DNA of 63,979 nucleotides, the filler included, from Choristocarpus tenellus KU-1152 (Eukaryota; Protista; Phaeophyceae): the NCBI GenBank assembly GCA_964200185.2. It is 11 parts of 11 records of this genome, joined end to end, with 100 filler letters (N's around TTAATTAATTAA, not from the genome) between each part and the next. Parts side by side here need not be neighbours in the genome. Positions count along the whole stretch, not along the records: positions 49,188 to 56,804 come from CAXNAD020005869.1; positions 56,905 to 60,476 come from CAXNAD020019185.1; positions 60,577 to 63,979 come from CAXNAD020020273.1; 8 more parts are not named here. One strand, given 5' to 3'. Of the stretch, positions 51,786 to 63,979 are shown piece after piece. Under the pieces are notes generated by a model, which searched no databases, had not been told where the DNA came from, and saw nothing but the letters and a program-made list of their open reading frames with translations. Positions within the stretch are counted from its first letter, which is position 1. Each line of letters begins with the position of its first letter. The translations under genes were made by a program, and so were the position numbers.

Positions 51786-54700
51786 ATGGCATCGACACTC
51801 GGTGTCCTCGACGTTCTGAGTCGTTTGAGAGAAGAAGCTGAGAGGGCGTCCACGGCCCTCTCAGCCCAACAGGTGACGATTGGGTCGAAATGGACTCTGT
51901 TCGTCACTTTTTGAAACAAGATACTTGTTATACTAGGTGGTACAATTGACTTCGTTCGCATGTCTTGTTTGCTAACCATTTTCCCCTTCTTGCCCACATC
52001 ATGAAATGCGCCACCAGGAAAAGAACCGCAACATGCTAAATCGTATAGAAATACTGGTGGAAAGCAGCAACCAGAGTGGTGCGATTATCCAGGAAACAAG
52101 GAATCAAAAGGCAAGTTGTGCTAAACGTTCTCAAAGAGCGCACTCAATGGAAAAGGTACCACGACTGGCTCATACTTAGGCTGCGATAGTTGTTTTCCTG
52201 ATGAATCAGTCTTCTCGCTGTGAGCATGCAGGTTGCTCTATCCAATCCTCGTACCCCGTAGCATATGTGACTGAGCTTACGGAAGATGGGGACCTTCGGG
52301 GAATACGACATGCCACTGCAGATGAAGCAAGACAAGTTGAAGGGTTCCTTTCTGCACCCCTACAGCCTCGAACTTAACCCTTCTAGAGTATGCAGGGAAA
52401 GATTAAGTTTGTTGATCCTTCTCTGCATTACCTACGTTATAGCTCTCTAGAGCTCCAGAGCGTTGTGTGGCGAAACACATCACGTTGAAGTCGTGAAAGG
52501 TCATCGCACCAATTAGGGTGCCCGGAGTGAAGACTGGGTACTCATGTGGTTGCTTCGAAGTCTCCAGTACCCATGCGATACATTGAAAACTACTACTTCA
52601 CAAGTGTGAGTTCCGTTTTATAGACACACTGCAGTGCCAGGAGGAGACCACCTAGCACCCACTCGAAATTAGAGGTCCAACTGCAGTATGGGCAATTGGA
52701 AGAAAAAAAAAGTGCCTTCTGTGTGTCCACAACAATTGGACGAAGAACCAAATGGTGCACCTTTTGGGGGAGTTCACTGATGCATCCACACAGATTCTTA
52801 GTTGCCTGAATAAAATTCGAAGATCATGTACATGCTGGAAAAAACTCTTGAGCGAGGGTAAACCTACTTAACGTGTTTTATTAAACTGACATACTTTCCT
52901 CCAACCGGATTACAGGAGCTGCTTGAGGGGAAATTTAGGGTTGCTGAGGCCAGGAAGGATGCGACCATAGCTAGGCATAGTCGAATTGAGAAGGAAATAT
53001 CAAGGTAAGAGACTAGTAAGTGGCTCAAGTATCTACGAGGGGCTGTCGGCTGTCCATTTGGGGCCAATTTTTTCATTTTGCGATTTTGGGGTGAATTGGT
53101 TGCATATATCGGATGGATAATGTAAGTGGACCTGAGAAAATATAGGATATTCTGACGTTATTGCAGAACAAGGTAAGACAAGAACGAAGACGCTAGGTCC
53201 AGTAGGTGCACCCATGTACTACAAACCTTAATGAACAAATAGATCCTGTCTACAGCAAGACACACCGTGGTTGTCTACTGTACTATTGTTGTACATAGAA
53301 GTATATACTTGTAAGTATGTACTCCAGAGCATTTGGTGGTGCTCACTGATGAGCAAGAAAATAACAAAGTGGTTGTATTGCGACAGGATGGTGGAAGGGT
53401 GAGTGATGATTAAAATAATTGCTTTATTCTAAGAAAGAAAAGCAATGGCCAAAGAGGACATGCAGATGGAACAATAGTTATGCTTTAGCTTGTGCAAGTA
53501 GTTCAAGCTGATGTACAATATTTCAACAGTAGCTGTTGAGCCATATGGGAGTGTGCGACTACCCTGAGACCTTCCATTGTATTGCATTGCAAGTACGTTG
53601 TACCCTCCTCATACGATGGGGCATCTTTGACAAGGGGGAATATAAAGAGGAGAAGACTTGATTTTGCTCTCAATCAAATTGATTAGTAAGGTCTCCATCA
53701 AACTTCACTCTCAACAGGTGTCTGCATCAGATGTAGCTGTGTATGACCATACATTATATATGCCAGTGTCCCCAGTAAGTAATCAAAGTACAGTATTGAG
53801 TGAGAGGTTCAATCCCATGAAGCACATATGAAAAGCACGATAATTTTATTCTTCAATGACACACTTTAAAGTACATCTTTTTTGGTTGTAAACAACATGG
53901 AGATAACCAAGAGAAAAGGTGACAAGTCGTAGATAGTGCTGCCAATGCATATTGCCATGTCTACGCCTTGCGGGAAGGGTGTGGAAAATTGTGTGCAGTA
54001 TTTCAATGCAGGGATAAGGAGCACCTTTGAAAGTAATGCGCGAATGCTGCCCCCAACGCCCATATACTCTCTCCTACCTTCAACACTGATTGGCATTATT
54101 CCTCTCTAGGATGACTGCTGAGGAAAAGAGTAGGAAAGAGGCATCAAGAGCTGATGCAGAGGACTTTGTGAGATCATGTCAGGCAAGTAAGATCTAAAGC
54201 ATTTAAGAGGGTAGGAGTTTTGATCTGTTTGTATGTTCGGGGCTTGATTTCCCACAGGTTTTTGATGCCCTTTTTCAGTTTTCTGTGAGAACACATTTAC
54301 GTAAATTGTATACGACTATGAAACGTGTGTCCAAAATAAGGATGTTGACACTTGCTAACAAAGACGATAGCCAAAATTCATCAAGAACACAACTTTGGAT
54401 TTATGACCCGGAACAGACGCGGCCCTAACCTCTTAAATGCCTTGACTCTTACGACTCTTAAGCTCCTACGAGGGGAGCTGAGGACGTGCAGTCCTCAACC
54501 ACCAGTGAAGGACTGAGTCCCTATTTGATCACTCATGTTGCACTCCCTTTGTCATACGTTTGGTCGGATCTATGATGGATAGTGTGTGGCTCAGGACAAG
54601 GATAGCCAAGAAGTCTACCCTGTGGTGTATCTTGAAGGAAGAGAAAACAGTTCACTTCAAGGATGCAGTCCCTCTTTGTTTCCTGTACACACACATACCT

Positions 54701-55856
54701 TGCTGTAATACGTGCGCTGAAGAACACAGTATTCAACACACAACGTAAAACAGAATCAGGGTAGATTTCAGGAAATGGAGCCTGTGCTGCCAGACAGACA
54801 CCACATACATATATGAGTACACGCTATATATTTCTAGTATGAAAGTTAAACAAAGGAGAACAACAATGAGTTCAACGTGTAATGGACTGACAGTGAAAAC
54901 CAGGCGGAGTGACTTGAGGAATTGTCTTGTCCACCTGTGATTATAATATTTTATGCTTCTCAAGTCTGACTCTCTAGAGGAAAATAATATCAAGAATAAA
55001 TGATGTGATTTGTTTTTCAGTCCACACCAAGTCCAGACTTCAAAAAGTAATTAAACAAATAATTGGTCAAAATACAGTTTATTTTCACTTGTGTTTGTTA
55101 GGATTTGCCATTGTAGTGTTGTCTCTGTCGTGCAAATGCACGGTCCTCCTGTGGTTATGCGGTAATCAAACTTGGAATAGTTGTAGCTACACCTGAGTAT
55201 ACAATTAATAGAGCGTTCTCATGGATAAAAGGCTGCGAAAATTAGTTGCCTGGTAGATAGGTGTTGTGCAGTCACGGACATTTCTAGGACTTGTGAAAGA
55301 GTAAAGGTATCTTAGAGGGTAGAGCCGCATCCATTTGGTGGCCAAAATCCAATGATGTGATTTTCATGTAATTTTGGCTCTCGTGTTTGTTAGGAACTAC
55401 CCATGTCCTTGTTCCTGACACACCTTTTCATAACGCAAACATTTCGGAGTAGGTAAAATGTCATAAAAACCCCGTGGGAAGCCAAGCCCCAAACGGACAA
55501 ACAGGGCAGAACTCATACCGTCTAAAATACTTTCACTCAAAAATAACTACAAATACGCGTTCTCCAAGTAAATAAAGCAATGGTGAACTTCACATGGCAC
55601 TGGTAGAGAATTTTTATTCACCTAAACACATGTCTATCAGGTCATAGATATAGCCGAATTAGATAGAACTATTGAATACAACATGGGATTGTGCTTGTGC
55701 CATTTATTGAAAAAGGTTTTCTGTTAATATCTTCGTGGTGACCTTCCTTCCATACCTATGCATTTCCCAGACATTTCAAGCGGACATTGGTGCCCGACTT
55801 CAACTAATGCGAGAGTTACGAGTACGCCTTCACATCAAAGCAAAGGATTTGGACAG
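51786..55856 (+). CDS. Spliced coiled-coil protein of unknown function, 3' end unresolved
   Basis: Phase-compatible exons 51786-51872, 52018-52110 (GC donor), 52916-53004, 54110-54182 (GC donor) and 55771-55856 give MASTLGVLDVLSRLREEAERAS...QKELLEGKFRVAEARKD...EISRMTAEEKSRKEASRADAEDFVRSCQTFQADIGARLQLMRELR, with heptad-like composition. Confidence 0.65.
53022..53133 (-). mobile_element. MITE family B, partial, intronic
   Basis: GGCTCAAGTATCT...GGCTGTCCATTTGGGG...GGATGGATAATGTAAGTG. Confidence 0.8.
54191..54448 (-). mobile_element. MITE family A, diverged copy 8 bp from a GC donor
   Basis: Reverse-strand match to family A along its length, with degenerate TIRs. Confidence 0.75.
55299..55538 (+). 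mobile_element. MITE family A, complete, intronic
   Basis: GAGTAAAGGTATCTTAGAGGGTA...TACTTTCACTC with GAAA/AAAA flanks. Confidence 0.88.
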
Positions 55857-56638
55857 GTTAGGGGGCCTTGGTCACCTGGAGGTTCTCCGAAAGCTGCATT
55901 TCCTCTCCACATATTTACTAGTGAACTACTGTGTCAAATTAATAAATTTGTATATGGATTGGTAGAGGACAAAAAAAAGGAACAATTTAGTGGTGTGAAT
56001 CGAAGTGATTCGATCCGTACAATTCAACAAAAAAATATTTTCAAAAATCATTGAGAACAATAGAAACATTGACTTTTTCCCTAACACATCTTTTAAAATT
56101 TTCGGGTATAATGATATTAATAAAACCAAAAATTGAAGGATTTTGATTTTTTTTTTTCGTGCCAATGTGCGCTTTGCGCTATATACTCGCAGGACCTGGT
56201 GACTCGCACGTATCAATTTGTACGATTGTAGATGTACATTTCGATTACAACACAGTACATGTAAATGTACAAAAAAATTCGAGCCGATATATTTTATTAC
56301 TCAAGAATTATTTTTGTTCACAACACTACAATAAATTAATCAAATGTGATCAGATCTATGGTTATTGGGGGAAACCTCAGTAGATCATGTTGGACATGTA
56401 ACACATACACATTATTCACTATGTAACACAGCAACACGTTGCAATCGAGAGTTTGTTTCGGTGGGGTATTAATGGGTGTAGTACGCACACTACCAGACCC
56501 TACCTGCATACTGGTGACAAAAATACCACTTAGGTTGTGAAATTGTTGTACTGACCTTGCAGAGGTATTCTTCTACCCAATAAATATTTTGATTAAAAAA
56601 AGATGGGTAGCGCTTTAGGTTTCATGATGTTCTCATAT

Positions 56639-56804
56639 GGCTCAAAGTATCTGGGGGGGGTGGCGGCTGTCCATTGGGATCCATTTTTCCATGTCGCAAT
56701 TTTTGGGTGATTTGGTTACATGTGTCCGATGGATAATGTAAGTGCACTTTTCCTGGTCAGGGCCCAAATGGATACCTTGGTGTAGAGACCCGCCCCCACC
56801 CCCC
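56639..56804 (-). mobile_element. MITE family B, cut by contig end at its C tract
   Basis: GGCTCAAAGTATCTGGGGGGGGTGGCGGCTGTCCATT... Confidence 0.9.
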
Positions 56805-56913
56805 NNNNNNNNNNNNNNNNNNNNNNNNNNNNNNNNNNNNNNNNNNNNTTAATTAATTAANNNNNNNNNNNNNNNNNNNNNNNNNNNNNNNNNNNNNNNN
56901 NNNNTTTTTTTTT

Positions 56914-56977
56914 CAAGACAAAGAGGGCATAGGGGGTTCGGGGGGGGCGGGAGTTCAGCCGTGTGCTCCTCCCATCT
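56914..56977. other. Degraded Illumina TruSeq P7 adapter (sequencing artefact)
   Basis: CAAGACAAAGAGGGCATAGGG...GGAGTTCAGCCGTGTGCTCCTCCCATCT versus CAAGCAGAAGACGGCATACGAGAT...GGAGTTCAGACGTGTGCTCTTCCGATCT. It is flanked by poly-T and poly-C. Confidence 0.85.
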
Positions 56978-57955
56978 CTCCCCCCCCCCCCCCCCCCCCC
57001 CTTCTCTCCCCGTTATTGCTTGCTTGAAATTATTGTTCACTCTGATTCCTGCACGGACTCTGATCCGTTTTTTTTTAAGGGTGTGGTAATGTAGTCGCTC
57101 CCACTAGTGGTGATGTTTGTCAGGGATGGCTTAGAAGCTGTTGTTGATGACTGAGGTGTTTGTTGCATGAGCAGATACTGAAGCTTCCCTTTACCATATC
57201 TTTGCTGGATGTAATGGTCGGTCGAGTTCCCCTGAGCCCAAGACTTTGCAAAACATTGAGAAAACACTGCTTCATTGGACCCCGGACAAATCCATATCTG
57301 TCTGCCCCATTCGAACAGTGATATCTCAATTGTTCTTATGAAGTTGGACACTAGGGGTTGTAGATTTGAATCTGGTTTGAACTTCTTTCCTGAGTCCCTA
57401 TGGTAAGAGGGTGAGAATGGATTATGAGGGGAGGGTTCGGGTAACGGTCTGGTCACAATGGGAATAGCGGAGGCTGAAATGACTGCCCAGGGAGAGCACA
57501 AGACTAGCAGGGTGATTGATTGCCCATGGGGTATGCTAGGTAGGACCTTGGACTCTATTTTTGTCAAGCATTGAGATGCCACTGTAACACTGCGGCAGAT
57601 AGTTGTACAACTGTCTACCTCAGTGAACGGGGGTATCTCAACATTTGACAGACTTTACCAGGGTCAGGTGATGGCAGTTGTTGTTTTTCGTTGCCTCCCC
57701 AATTCCTTCACTTGGACTGCGAGATTTGTTATAGTCTATAGATGAGTAGTCACAGTTTGTGTGCAACCACCCGGACGAACACGCCCTCACTCTCCTCGAA
57801 CTCCGTTTCCTCTCTTTCCTTTATCATCCTCCACGCTTGACTGTCTCTTGTCCTGGCCTTTGCTGCTTTCCATATCCCTAGTCACTTTCACCAATGAACC
57901 TTCTGCTTGCCCTGACTCGCTCTTCCCCTTGACACGCCTCAAAAAACTGTTGCAG

Positions 57956-59607
57956 GAGTGGGAGTAGGACTAGGTACAGGTCCAGCACCCAAAGCCTTCG
58001 AGGTGTTGACAGCGCGACGGGCAGTGGTGTTGCACTTCCTGGATACAATGGATTGCCTGGTTGGAGTCTGTGGCGATTTTTTATCAACCAAAATCAGTGA
58101 GGATCTTTGGCCTCTCATCAAGGTAAGGAAGGCTCGTGGTTGACTTGTGTAACATCAATAGGATTAGGGCTGTAGCTGGTAAGGTTAAGAATAAAAGCTC
58201 GACTTTCTGACTTTGGAAGCAGGGGACCGACCTCCCCAATGGCTGCACCAACTGTTTTGTATGTAGGGTGTTATCTTTTTGCATATTCTGCATTGATGTT
58301 TTATGTATCACTATGATGTTCAATTGGACAGTTGTTACAGCATGTTTTGGACTAGCCAATAATCCCCCCCCTCCCCTCCCCAGTATACTGTGAAGCGGTC
58401 AAAAATACAAAGTACGGGTGGAGTGATGAGGGATGCAAAGCCTTGATGGACACACCTCCTTTCCTCTTTTGTCCCTAAGTCTACACATCCTTAGTCTCAT
58501 CTGTAAAGTCCAGCTTAGGTCATGATTGCCCCCTGTACCCATAACTGATTGCCATCTCTGTGAAACAAGCAGTGCATCCAACAGAGTGTGCCCCCCTGCC
58601 CCTCCTCCTATGCCCACTACCCATGGATTGAATGTATCCAGTTTTTGCTTGCCCAGCACACCTCAGTGTTTGTACACAGTGGGAGTCCAGAGGAAAGGGG
58701 GAAGATACCAAGTCGAGGGCTGCGACAGACTTCAGCTAGGGCAATTACTGCAGCTGACCTTTTGGTGGTAACCCCTGCATTGGTCAGTGTATTGGCTTGG
58801 GAGGTGGGAGTAAGGGAGAGGAGGATTTGTAAACCCTGATGTATAGTGTAGTCCTGAGTTGCTCCTTGTAGCTATCTATCTGTTTGTTGACTTCACATCC
58901 ATGTTGTGGCTATTGTTTGGTCAAAGTTTTAGATGAGAGGGGAGGCGGTAATCACTGTATATGTACATGCATTAAGGCTGTTGTCCTTGTTCACTTATTT
59001 TGTTTTTCTACAAGATGAGAATATTTGCTGGCCCTGAGATACATATATATATATATTATATATATATATTCACACAATCGACATCAAGTTTTGGACAAGA
59101 GGAAGGTTTGAGACAAAACCGAGAGGGAGGGGGTTGTCTCCTTGACTTAAGATGGAGTCCCCTGGTTAGCACACACTACTCAGGTGTGGGAGTGCAATAT
59201 TTGCAGCATCTTTTTGTTTTAATACAGTTTCGTCTTTGTATTTTTAAATGGTGATATTTTCAAATTTTTCTACTGTAAGAACTGGATTGGAGGAAGTGAG
59301 AAGATTTTATACATGACTAGATAAGGGACTTTGCCTGGTTGTTGTGGTTCTTGTGAATGATTGGTAGCTTTTAGGAAGAACTCAAGAACTCCCTCTCGCT
59401 GCCTACCTCTGTGTGCTTCTTGTGTGTGCCGTGATGTGTCACAAGAGTGGACAGGTTGATGGAGATGATCGGGCAGTACAACGATCTTCGATGCCTCGCC
59501 GGGCAAGGTTTGTGGACAACCAAATCCTCGGGCATACTCTGAGTTGTTTGGACAGGCTCTGTAGGAATGAAGAATGTCATCAGTTCATGACACCCTTGGC
59601 GAGGGAG
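57956..59607 (+). CDS. TTI1: TELO2-interacting protein 1 (TTI1)-like C-terminal exons, partial
   Basis: Exons 57956-58122 (VVLHFLDTMDCLVGVCGDFLSTKISEDLWPLIK, compare TTI1 CGDFL..R...D..P.L), 58642-58782 and ~59446-59607 (ILGHTLSCLDRLC), with GT-AG boundaries. Confidence 0.65.
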
Positions 59608-60576
59608 GTGAGTCAAAGGACCTTGTATGGCTGGGTTAGTCTGGTGTTCTGCTAGTGTGAATGGTAACACACTTGTAGACACAAACACAAGACTGCAGGA
59701 TATGAGGATGGTGTTGAAGTTATTTATATCGCCGTTTCTTCTGCACGGATCATTTCGGGAGCAGCCTGTGATGTCCCTTTATTGTGTCCCTCGGGTCGAG
59801 TCATGGTTTTAGATATTAAAAATTTTGTGTTAACAAAAAGGTTCGGTGTTTTTGATGACATGCTATCATTGCATTTTCTACACTCTCTCTCCCAATTTGC
59901 CTTTTTTACCGAGAACCTGTAGTATTGTTGATAGTTAGGCAGAGGCATGCGTCAGGTGTCCTGATCGATCACATTTCAACTTCAGTTTTAACACAATGGA
60001 GGGGTGGGTTTGTCAGGACTCTTACTTCCCATTCCGAAATGGGTTTGTGTCAAAGACAAGAGTGAAGTAGCAATGGAAAATAACTACTCTCAAGTATGTG
60101 GGGATATCCTTGTACCAAAATGGCTTGCTTATGTTGGTGCCCTGAAGTCAAAGAATGGAAGGGCGTGCCTTGCTCTCCCTAGTATCATATGTAGCTATTG
60201 TTTGGGAGGGAATACTTGATTGCCTTTCAAGGGCTCTAGGCCCCCAGCCCTCTTCAACCAGCAGTATTAGACTCAGTAACATTTCCCTTTTATATCAAAT
60301 GATCAGAGTGATGCTCTGCTTTCTCCTCTCTCTAGCAATACTACTTAGGCCAATGGTCACATGGACGACAAGAATAACTCGTGAGATAACCTCAGTTCAC
60401 CCTCCCCCCCCCTCTCCCCCCCCCCACATACACACACTTTGGGGATTATCCGCTTTCTTGAGGTGGCCCTGATGACNNNNNNNNNNNNNNNNNNNNNNNN
60501 NNNNNNNNNNNNNNNNNNNNTTAATTAATTAANNNNNNNNNNNNNNNNNNNNNNNNNNNNNNNNNNNNNNNNNNNN

Positions 60577-60740
60577 GGGGGGGGGGGGATAGTGTCTACA
60601 CCAGAGTGTTCATTTGGATCAAAACCAGGAAAAGTGCAATTTCATTATCCATCCAACGTATGCAACGAAATCACCCAAAATTCGCGACATGAAAAAATTG
60701 ACCCCAAATGGACAGCCGTCACCCCCAGATACTTCGAGCC
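60577..60740 (+). mobile_element. MITE family B at contig start
   Basis: G tract...CCCCAAATGGACAGCCGTCACCCCCAGATACTTCGAGCC, followed by a short extra terminus-like segment to ~60784. Confidence 0.9.
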
Positions 60741-61146
60741 AGGGTCAAAAACGGACGCCGGCAACCCCCCCAGATGTTTGACCCATCACATCATGGACAG
60801 TATAAGAGTGAGCGTAAGACACAGTGGTTGTCAGACACTCAAGTATTCAGCAATAAGGTATGTATGATAAAGATGCCCTGATGGTTCTGGTTACCCTGGA
60901 AAGGGGCAGGAAGGGGGTCAATGTAACGTCGCCAACACTTTACAAACAGACTAATCCGGAGTAGTCATGATCTGTGCAGAAAATTGTGGACATTTTCCTT
61001 CCTATCTAGTAGGTAGCGATAATATTCCCCCTCGTACTATCCAATGAACTTTCTGATACAACACTGTGATCATCACCAATTTGAGTTGAATTTCCTTTGC
61101 TGTATTTATCTTGGTTGACGCTCATAAGTCTGCTTAAGTCACTCAC

Positions 61147-63542
61147 CTTAGTTGAACTGCCCACTCGGCATGAGTACCATCAGACACGCAGATGTATGCT
61201 AAATTAGCAAAAGTTCCCATCACACGTTGGTGCATATTCTTGCGACCTTGATTTGTTATGCAGCTGAAGAGTGTGCCCAAGAATTCTGACATTGGCCTAT
61301 TAGAGGCTATATGATCAGTCAGACCTGGGGCACACCTGGTGAAAAACAGCAAATATATGTGATTTTTTCTCTAGATTATATTCTTATATCTTCCCACAAT
61401 AGGGTATTGTGTCGGCATTACTAGGGTGACTGAGGGCATTGGTAAGGACGCCTCTTAGGCACATGGAATAGAGAACGACTACAGAATGTTTGGTTTATTT
61501 CTACATCAGATATAGTCCTGCTTCAATTGTAATGTTGTATATATGTCCAATCCATTCATTGCTCGAAGCATGTTGAGGACATTGGATACCTGCTTTGTAA
61601 AGCCAACTGTGGATAGGATGAATAGTTCATGTATACTCTGTTGACCTGCAAGTCAATAATTCTACTTCATAAGTGATTCCAATGCAGTTGATCAAGTTAT
61701 GGATGCAGCCTTGGAAGGTCGTATATCTTGGTGCTAAGGTTCTCTATTCCTTTGCTGTGCATAGGATCTCTACCACAACAGCAAAAAATAGAGCCTTCGC
61801 TGACCCTATCAAAGCACGTGCTGATCCCTTGTCTCAGCCTCTTCAAACGTGACCTTGACGTTTCTTAAGCATTTCTCTGCTGAAAAATAAATAGAACCTT
61901 TCTTCAATATCCCAGATCCTTATATTCATATCTCCATTCACCTCCTCCTGGAGGCAAGGTTCTGGATGCAGCTGATAACACGACAAATGACATCATCTTC
62001 CTCATCCTCTTGACATAGTCTGTTGAATAAGGAGGCGAATGTATCGCGTTCGACCAATCTCATAGCATTGTCCTGGCGTTTACTCAAGTTCCAGATCACT
62101 GTTGCACGGATGGGGGCTCATTCATTGAGAGTGTATATTCTTTAGGAGTTTGTACTACAGTTGAAGGCATTAATCTATAAAATAGACAATCATAAAAAAT
62201 AATGCACATCTATACCTGGTCCATACATAGGACTTGAAGCATCAATTACTACAAAGGGAAGAAAGAGCTCAAACAGCTGTCTTGTAGCATGATTAACAAC
62301 CAAAGAGAACATTTAAATTTGATAAATAAGCCCTTTTCATTACACAGGTGCCCTCCCTAATGCTACATTTCGATGTCAATATGAGTGCTGATATGTGGCA
62401 TCGGTGGTCAAAGCAGATTGTCCTTTTATGATTCATTTTTCTACATTGGTAATACTACAGCATGCCAAGATTTAACAAAGTTGTAACATAGGTCAAGACA
62501 AGAATGACAACACCATGGTCTTACCAGTGGCAATATTCAACCTTGCTATTGCAAGGTACTGGCTAAGCTTTGCCTTCTCAGCCATGATAGGATCAGCCAG
62601 CCACTGCAGTAGTACCCTTGGTACTATCTGATACATGGATATGAAACAAGCGTAGGAAATAGGACATCAAAATTAAAGTCGGACAAAGGGACATAGAAGG
62701 TTTGTTCAGGCTACCCTAGTCACTGTAGTACACTGATTCTAGGCAGCTCTAACAGAATTCAACCGCAGGATTCTTGACAGGAGCAGTTTTGAGTGGCATA
62801 AAAACTTGTGCTTTTATGTAGAGCTAGGAGGAAAATTGGAAAGAAATTACCCAGCTAAACTTGTTTCAATCTATCTCCTTAACAAGCGCTATGTAGTACA
62901 GGCAGTGCACTTGGTTAAGCTAAGCGTGCAGGATACCTCACTGAAGCTGAAGAATTGTAACTTGCTGAATATGGTCATCTGCTCCAGAGGATAGAAGTTG
63001 ATAGTCTTCAAACAATTGATAGATTGGAACAAAAGCAATGAAATTTGAATTATTTCAAAAAAAAAAAAAAAACGCAAGCTCACCTCATCACCGATCTGAT
63101 ACATTTGAATTTTGTTGTCATCGTGCCAGCTCAGCTTACACAAGAGCCCACTCACCAAATAGCGTGTGTGCACCTATTCAGTAGAATTATCTCGACACAA
63201 GAGTGAGAAGAAGAGGAGAGGAAGGGGAGAGGGGAAGAGGGGTCAATCCCTTTGTTTACCAGCACAAGTGTGATGTTTGCCATCACGTGGTTCACTTCAT
63301 AACCCTAACCCTTCACCCCAAAATAGGTACTTAGTATAACCCTAACCCTAACCCTCTGCACAACGTTCACCTGACTAATGCGAGTCAGCCCTGGCCAGAG
63401 CATCGGGAGGGCCAGAGCACACACATCTTCCAGCCTGCGGCCCTCCTCGCAGGTGGACGTTGTGTCTTGGGTATCACAAAACAGGCAAAGCGAGCACAGC
63501 ACCCCAGTAAAAGACTGCATTGCCAACTCTTGGAGGCTTGGA
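61147..63542 (-). CDS. Armadillo/HEAT-like repeat protein, internal exons
   Basis: Six GT-AG, phase-compatible exons: 63542-63371, 63173-63084, 62978-62937, 62627-62525, 62098-61942 and 61335-61147. ARM-like helices: LLCKLSWHDDNK, NIATVIWNLSKRQDNAMRLVE, RVISCIQNLA and RVMGTFANLA. Confidence 0.8.
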
Positions 63543-63788
63543 CTGTTGTGGTTCGTTGTAAGAAGAATATTGTGCCAATCAGCCAATCAGGAGAGGGGAC
63601 ATTTAAACGGAGATTTGTATATTTCAGTGAAATAAGAGTTCTCAACCAGAAAATGATACTAACATGCGAAGTATCAGAGTGGTTGAAACTTTTTTCTGGA
63701 TTGTTGTGCTGGTGAACCTACTAGAAAAAAAACTTGCCAAGTGGGTCTTCTCAGATTTCATGATCGAATTAGTCCTGAAAATCAGGGT

Positions 63789-63975
63789 GGCTCAAAGTAT
63801 CTGGGGGGTGGGGGTTTCGGCTGTCCATTTGGGGCCATTTTTTTCATTTCGTTTTTTTTTGTGTTATTTGGTTGCGTATGTCGGATGGGTGATGTAAGTG
63901 CACTTTTCCTGGATATGACCCAAATTGGACACCCTGGTGTAGACTCCCCCCCCCCCCCCGATAGTTTTGGAAGCC
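63789..63975 (-). mobile_element. MITE family B, near-complete
   Basis: GGCTCAAAGTATCTGGGGG...GGTGTAGACTCCCCCCC, with a degenerate far terminus. Confidence 0.88.
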
Positions 63976-63979
63976 GAAG

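Noticed and set aside
12923-55538. Recurring short ORFs with PKYLRG / YPLRYFG / PKWT peptides
   Set aside because: They are translations of the MITE terminal repeats, not a protein family.
57037-57582. 181-aa minus-strand ORF
   Set aside because: No recognisable motif or splice context, and it lies antisense just upstream of the first TTI1-like exon, probably in an intron.
10838-60576. Regularly recurring TTAATTAATTAA motif, and any apparent gene cluster across it (e.g. mitochondrial sensor + NFU + TTI1)
   Set aside because: It is an artificial six-frame-stop linker centred in exactly 100-bp spacers, so linkage of the flanking contigs is not established.

Overview
This is eukaryotic, intron-rich nuclear DNA, about 40-45% GC by eye. 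A photosynthetic stramenopile, probably a brown alga, is inferred from the plastid-type NFU gene, the Golgi-type sulfotransferase, the TTAGGG repeats and the transposon types. The window is not one locus. It is 11 contigs joined by ten identical artificial 100-bp spacers (44 N + TTAATTAATTAA + 44 N), so adjacency across spacers is not reliable. Manual splicing recovers parts of eight host genes: (1) a cyclic-nucleotide-binding domain joined in frame to a MICU1/Aralar-type EF-hand region, (2) a Cys-rich carbohydrate sulfotransferase, (3) a plastid-type NFU Fe-S scaffold, (4) the last exon of SNW1/SKIP, (5) a CDC48/AFG2-family AAA ATPase, (6) a coiled-coil protein, (7) a TTI1-like protein and (8) an armadillo-repeat protein. 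The rest is mostly transposon debris: a mariner, two Ty1/copia pieces, a Ty3/gypsy gag, an RLE-type LINE scrap and about 23 copies of three related MITE families. These MITEs share a CAAAGTATCT-type terminal core and make 4-bp target-site duplications (Sola2-like). There are also many interstitial TTAGGG arrays, a long hairpin, three AG|GCAAGT splice donors and a degraded Illumina adapter. All assignments come from reading the sequence by eye and recalled family motifs; no searches were run.
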